DNA of 64,000 bases. Source: Paramoeba atlantica. Lineage: Eukaryota; Protista; Discosea. Of the stretch, positions 61,590 through 64,000 are shown one piece after another (the stretch's first letter is position 1; each line of letters opens with the position of its first letter). A program made the translations under genes and the position numbers. Where the stretch lies: the NCBI GenBank assembly GCA_977017575.1, contig CDRNVI010000182.1, positions 62,001 to 126,000 of the forward strand, written 5' to 3'. Below the pieces are notes generated by a model, which ran no database searches, was not told the DNA's origin, and worked only from the letters and a program-made list of their open reading frames with translations.

Positions 61590-64000
61590 TCTAAATAAAA
61601 CTTCTTGGCCTCTGTCACATCTCCACCTCCTCTCTTTTTGTTTTTTTATGTGCTTGAAAGTACTCAAGTAACACCCCTGAGCGTTTATTCCAAAAAGAGA
61701 CAGTCAACAAAACAACACAGCCAAACAACAAAAAACCATACTCAAATCCAAAAACAAAATCCAAAAATCCAAAACAGACAAAAAGAATGGGAAGAAAATA
61801 GAAACAAAGAGACAAGGAAGGAAGAAATCCAAACCAGCACAAGAGATGGAGGAGAGAACAAAGAGAGATCCAAAGCAAGACAAAAAGGGGAAGGAAAGGA
61901 CAAAGAGGGAAGCAAGAAGGAACAAAAGCCACACAAAGGAAAGGCAGATGCTCAAAGGCGGGGAGCCACACCATCTTTGATCTCTTTCGGAGAGCTGCTG
62001 GATGAAGCCCTTGTGCCTGGAGATGGTTTCCTCAGGGAATTCAACACCACTTATGAATAATTCATTGAGTTTCATTCCTTCCAAGTTCAAGAGCTTGTAA
62101 AACTTCATTTGGATAATTCCAATCATTCATAAACTGAGATCCAGTTGACTTAAATCATGCCAAGTATGCCAATAAACGATCCCAACTCTTCATTTAAGGG
62201 TCAATCAGTCCACAAGAGAATCCAATCCTTACCCAAATATTTTTTTTGCTATCGCATGGTACATTATAAATGACACCAAAACTGTTGAAAAAAATATCAT
62301 TATATTAAATCTTAAGGAGAGTACTAACCCTCACATTCTGCCACATAGATATCAACATCAGTCATAAACATCTATCCAAATATCCTGATGAGGCTCTTGT
62401 GGTCAGAACTGGAAAGTTGAAATCCACTTTGCCTGCCAAAGTTCATTGATCTGAAGGGGTCAGGGATGCCAGAGATGATCAACAGCCCTTGGCCATTGTC
62501 AGAATGTGGAAAAATACTTCAAGTTATGTTGTGAACATGGTTTTGGTGACCTGTAAAACTTTTGTGTATCCTCGAAAAATATATCTTCCATATGCGCTGA
62601 ATTGGGCCAGAATCCTTCTGTTGTGCTTTTAGAAAGCACTGTGTCCCCAAACTTCTCAAGAGCCAGCTCTGCAAGAAAAATCAGCCATACCAAAACAAAT
62701 ACCATCACTTACTCCAAACAGGGGGAGTTTGCTTGCAGAGTGAAAAACAGATCCAAACAAATTCCAGCCAAAACCAATTGTTTTCTTAAGAGCATACAAT
62801 TCCACATATCTCTTGCGATGACAGAGTTTCTCAGGAAAATTCAATGACTTCACCATACAATATACCATATCTGCCAAACAAATTTTGAGAATCAGTAAAA
62901 ATAAACCTCTTAATATTGTTAGAACCTCTGAAAAGCATTGAATATTCCAGTGAGGACTCCAGGGAATACAGGAATGTATCAAAGCAGAAACCAGATCAGA
63001 AAAAATAACTTTTGTAGTGACCTCTAACTTCTTGACAGCAAACCACAATGACATCTCCTCAAAAAAGAGAAACACAATCCTGTTGTTAACCCCCAATGTA
63101 GGAAATAGATCCAATCATCTCTCAAAAATGCAACACTTTGCTATCCCCACAATAAACTCTTCCTCATCGATAGCTGTATAGACAAAATCATCAATGTAAA
63201 ATACTGAACAAAAGTCAACCTCCTCATGGTCCCTCTTGCATAGTTCCAATAAAAAAGCGTTGTTATCCTTCTCATGACTGAATCTTGAATCCCCAGAGGG
63301 GCTTGTAGTGATATGACCAGAGAAAAGGTCGAGCCAAATACAAGCCAATGTGCTTTGTCATTCGCCATTTCTCTTCACCCATTGATAGATTGTTGGTGTT
63401 ACCAAACTCATTAGGTCTAGAATAACAAATGAGTGAGAAGAGATTTGATACATCAAAAGAAAAGAAGAAAACATCCTGATTACCATTAAAAATGTATTTC
63501 TTTTCCTCTGGGGAGAATAAACAAAACGATTTTGGTTTTATCCCCAAACACCCAGGTTCGCCAAAGCTCATTCTAACATGTTATCAACTACATCAGAGTG
63601 TCCATACAAATCAAAATAGACTCCTCGAACATCATCATTGTATCACTTTCAACACCCCCTTTTCATCATTGCCACTCTCTTCATCCTTTCCAAACACATC
63701 CCCTCACAACCCAAACTTTGAAACACCTGGAACCCCAGGTGCTATTCCTACCCCAATCTCCATTCCTTTACACCCTGGTCTCTCCCACAATCATTAAACA
63801 TTACCAAAGTCATAATTTCAGTCCATTCCCCATGATAATTCCGATCACTCTAATGATCTTTATATCCGTCACCCCACAGTCATAATAATGGTCATGACCA
63901 CAAACAAAATCATGTTCATAATCTTGGTAACGAGCTGAGTCATAACCTTTGTCTCTCTCTCAACCTCATCAACTCTCTTTTGAGTGACTTCCTCTTCTGA
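61590..64000 (-). mobile_element. DIRS-like relic, copy 2 (runs off window)
   Basis: Collinear with 47930-50650; FYIDDF at 63115-63348; additional small deletions. Confidence 0.7.

Overview
Eukaryotic (probably protist, plausibly amoebozoan) genomic DNA dominated by long purine/pyrimidine and CAA simple-sequence tracts, which generate most of the F/S/L- and K/R/E-rich ORFs in the track. It contains the 5' ~1.86 kb of an 18S rRNA gene with AT-rich expansion segments, three dispersed 5S genes, a tRNA-Arg(UCU) plus a decayed copy, a 4-unit polyubiquitin, an ADF/cofilin, three paralogues of a PB1+coiled-coil gene, an Hsp70 3' fragment and two damaged copies of an LRR gene built from 72-nt exons. 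A 7.8-kb dimeric 382-bp satellite sits in the middle. Mobile elements are a Sola-like DDE transposase gene with an intron, a gag-protease-tandem-chromodomain element lacking RT/integrase, a copia relic, a gag-only element, DIRS-like relics, and a Crypton-like tyrosine-recombinase element. The Crypton-like element's ends are defined by an empty paralogous site; it carries a 163-bp subterminal palindrome and a tRNA-like SINE insertion with a 17-bp TSD. A family of six ~50-bp hairpins with covarying stems lies near 5S/tRNA genes. All calls come from manual motif reading; no database searches were run.
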